NCBI RefSeq assembly: GCF_006345805.1
Contig: NC_042997.1
Span: 156,674,001-156,738,000 of the forward strand
Origin: Octopus sinensis
Taxonomy: Eukaryota
Direction: 5' to 3'
DNA: 64,000 nucleotides
The notes below the pieces were generated by a model. It was not told where the DNA came from. It saw only the letters and a program-made list of their open reading frames with translations, and searched no databases. Shown piece by piece: positions 62,224 through 64,000 of this stretch. The stretch's first letter is position 1. Each line of letters begins with the position of its first letter. A program made the position numbers and the translations under genes.

Positions 62224-64000
62224 ATATGAAGATATATATATCTTTATATATATATATATATATATATAAAATACAAAATGGGACAAGAACGCAAAACATC
62301 TGGACAGCTAGGTGATACAAAAAGGGACAACAAAACATCCAGATAGACAATATGATGAAAACAAGGACAATCATTTGAAGTTTTCTTTCCTTAGTCAAGC
62401 ACCAGATTATCCTCGCAATTTCGGCTGATTATTCTTGAGATTGCTCCAATCTGGCCAGCCCCAAGGAAAAACTAAACTAAGAGCATTAGATTCTTTGGAA
62501 GAAAGCAGTGAATGTATACAAAAACAAGGACGGAAAAAACAGACAATGTTACACAAATATAAATACAATAAAAAAATACAATGTTAATGCAATTGAAACA
62601 ATTGTTAGATTTTTATGGTGTGATCTAAAATAAAGATATGATTTTCTTCATACTCTGAATTTCTTAAAATTCTGCATAAGGATTGTTAGATTTACCTGTG
62701 AAATATGAGGATTTACTTGGGATTTGTATTTTACATACATTTACATTTACTACATCTACTAGTTGGAAATTTAACCTTATTCTTTTATACCGAGTGTTTA
62801 CTAGATATCTGCCTGGATGTTTTAATCCCATTTTCTCTTGTATGTATGTATGTATGTAAGTATGTATGTATGTATGTATGTGTGTGTGTATGTGTGTGGT
62901 GTGTGTGTGTGTGTGTATGTGTGTATGTATGTATGTATGTATGTATTTGTTTAGACAGACAGACAAACAGATCTGTTTGTCAGTCTGTCTAAACAAATAC
63001 ATACATACTCAAATATTACAAAAATGCTTTCACTGATGAATTTACACACACCTAATTTATTGTCAACCATTTATTTAATGTCCTGTACAATGTTAACCAC
63101 ATCATAGAAGAAGAACAGTGGCTGTTTGTTTTCAACTTGGATAATTAAAAAGACAGAAAACATCTTACGTTACATGTCAGAATAATATTTGAGGTGAATT
63201 TGGAGGGGAGAACCTTTGCATTATTAAATTAGTACTTTGAAATATTTGGTACCTGTGTGTCTCAAATGACTAAGTTTTTATTTACCCCACAATGTAACAG
63301 TCTTTGAAGTTTAGTCTTTATCTGTTACTCACATACAGCACACCCTTTATGTCCAGTTAACTGTTCCTTTTATGTATTTAATGAACGTTGAAGTAACATG
63401 AGCTGTTGTTATTTTTCATTGCCTACAACTAAATACAAACTTCCAAGACAGTGAGAAGGCTTCTTTATGATCACTTAAACTGTTAAAAATAGCAGCCAGA
63501 TCGCCTTCAGATCATCACGTTGCTGGTTTAGAGCAGTAAAAGATACATTATATAATTTGGTACATTGGATATCCCTAAAATATATTTCTTTATTGCCCAC
63601 AAGGGGCTAAACATAGCGGGGACAAAGACAGACAAAGGGATTAAGTCAATTACATTGACCCCAGTGCGTAACTGGTACTTTATTTGTCGACCCCGAAAGG
63701 ATGAAATGCAAAGTCGGCCTCGCGGAATTTGAACTCAGAACGTAATGGCAGTCGAAATACGGCTACGCATCTCACCTGGTGTGCTAATGATTCTGCCCCC
63801 TAAAATAAAGACAAGGTAGTTGTAGCTAAAATGCTTTTGATGATAGATCTGCTTGGTCAGAGCTAGACTGGTGCAAAACAAGAAAGCCAGCTAAATATAA
63901 GTTCAAATTATTTCCAGAGGGTAATAACATATTTGTAAAAGTCACATAATGCACATTTTACTAAAACCACTACAGGGAAGACCCAAACAGCATGAAACAA

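Noticed and set aside
62275-62570. Interspersed repeat with GGCTG...CAGCC-GAAATT on the minus strand, resembling the 31150 architecture
   Set aside because: No CTGANGA box (reads CCTTGGG), so it cannot be called a ribozyme; family identity not established.

Overview
AT-rich, intron- and repeat-rich animal genomic DNA, most likely an octopus (coleoid cephalopod). That assignment is an inference from recalled repeat families and microsatellite load, not a database result. Two convergent protein-coding genes are supported. par-6 (PARD6) lies on + (coding exons 4985-5210 and 14203-14843; first exon not found, probably upstream of the window). NUDT16 lies on - (three exons, 44161-44373, 39709-39975, 33683-33880; 225 aa). 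The rest is tRNA-derived SINEs, RTE and CR1 LINE remnants, a decayed mariner, Tc1/mariner MITEs, non-autonomous Helitrons and microsatellites, and nearly all other ORFs in the track are spurious. Best leads: (1) a candidate alternative par-6 terminal exon (20814-20911) that, with an internal GTAAGG donor at 14800, would replace the ...DGPVVVL PDZ-binding tail with ...RRYSLAYWLGF; (2) several minimal type I hammerhead-ribozyme-like motifs, some inside Penelope-like repeat remnants, including a copy that starts at the predicted cleavage site; (3) a 238-bp spacerless palindrome and a 47-bp-stem hairpin, both set in (TA)n; (4) a C4HC3 PHD-like finger inside an RTE ORF, and modular VNTR-bearing RTE 3' ends. 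All alignments were done by eye, so repeat boundaries are approximate and family names need confirmation.
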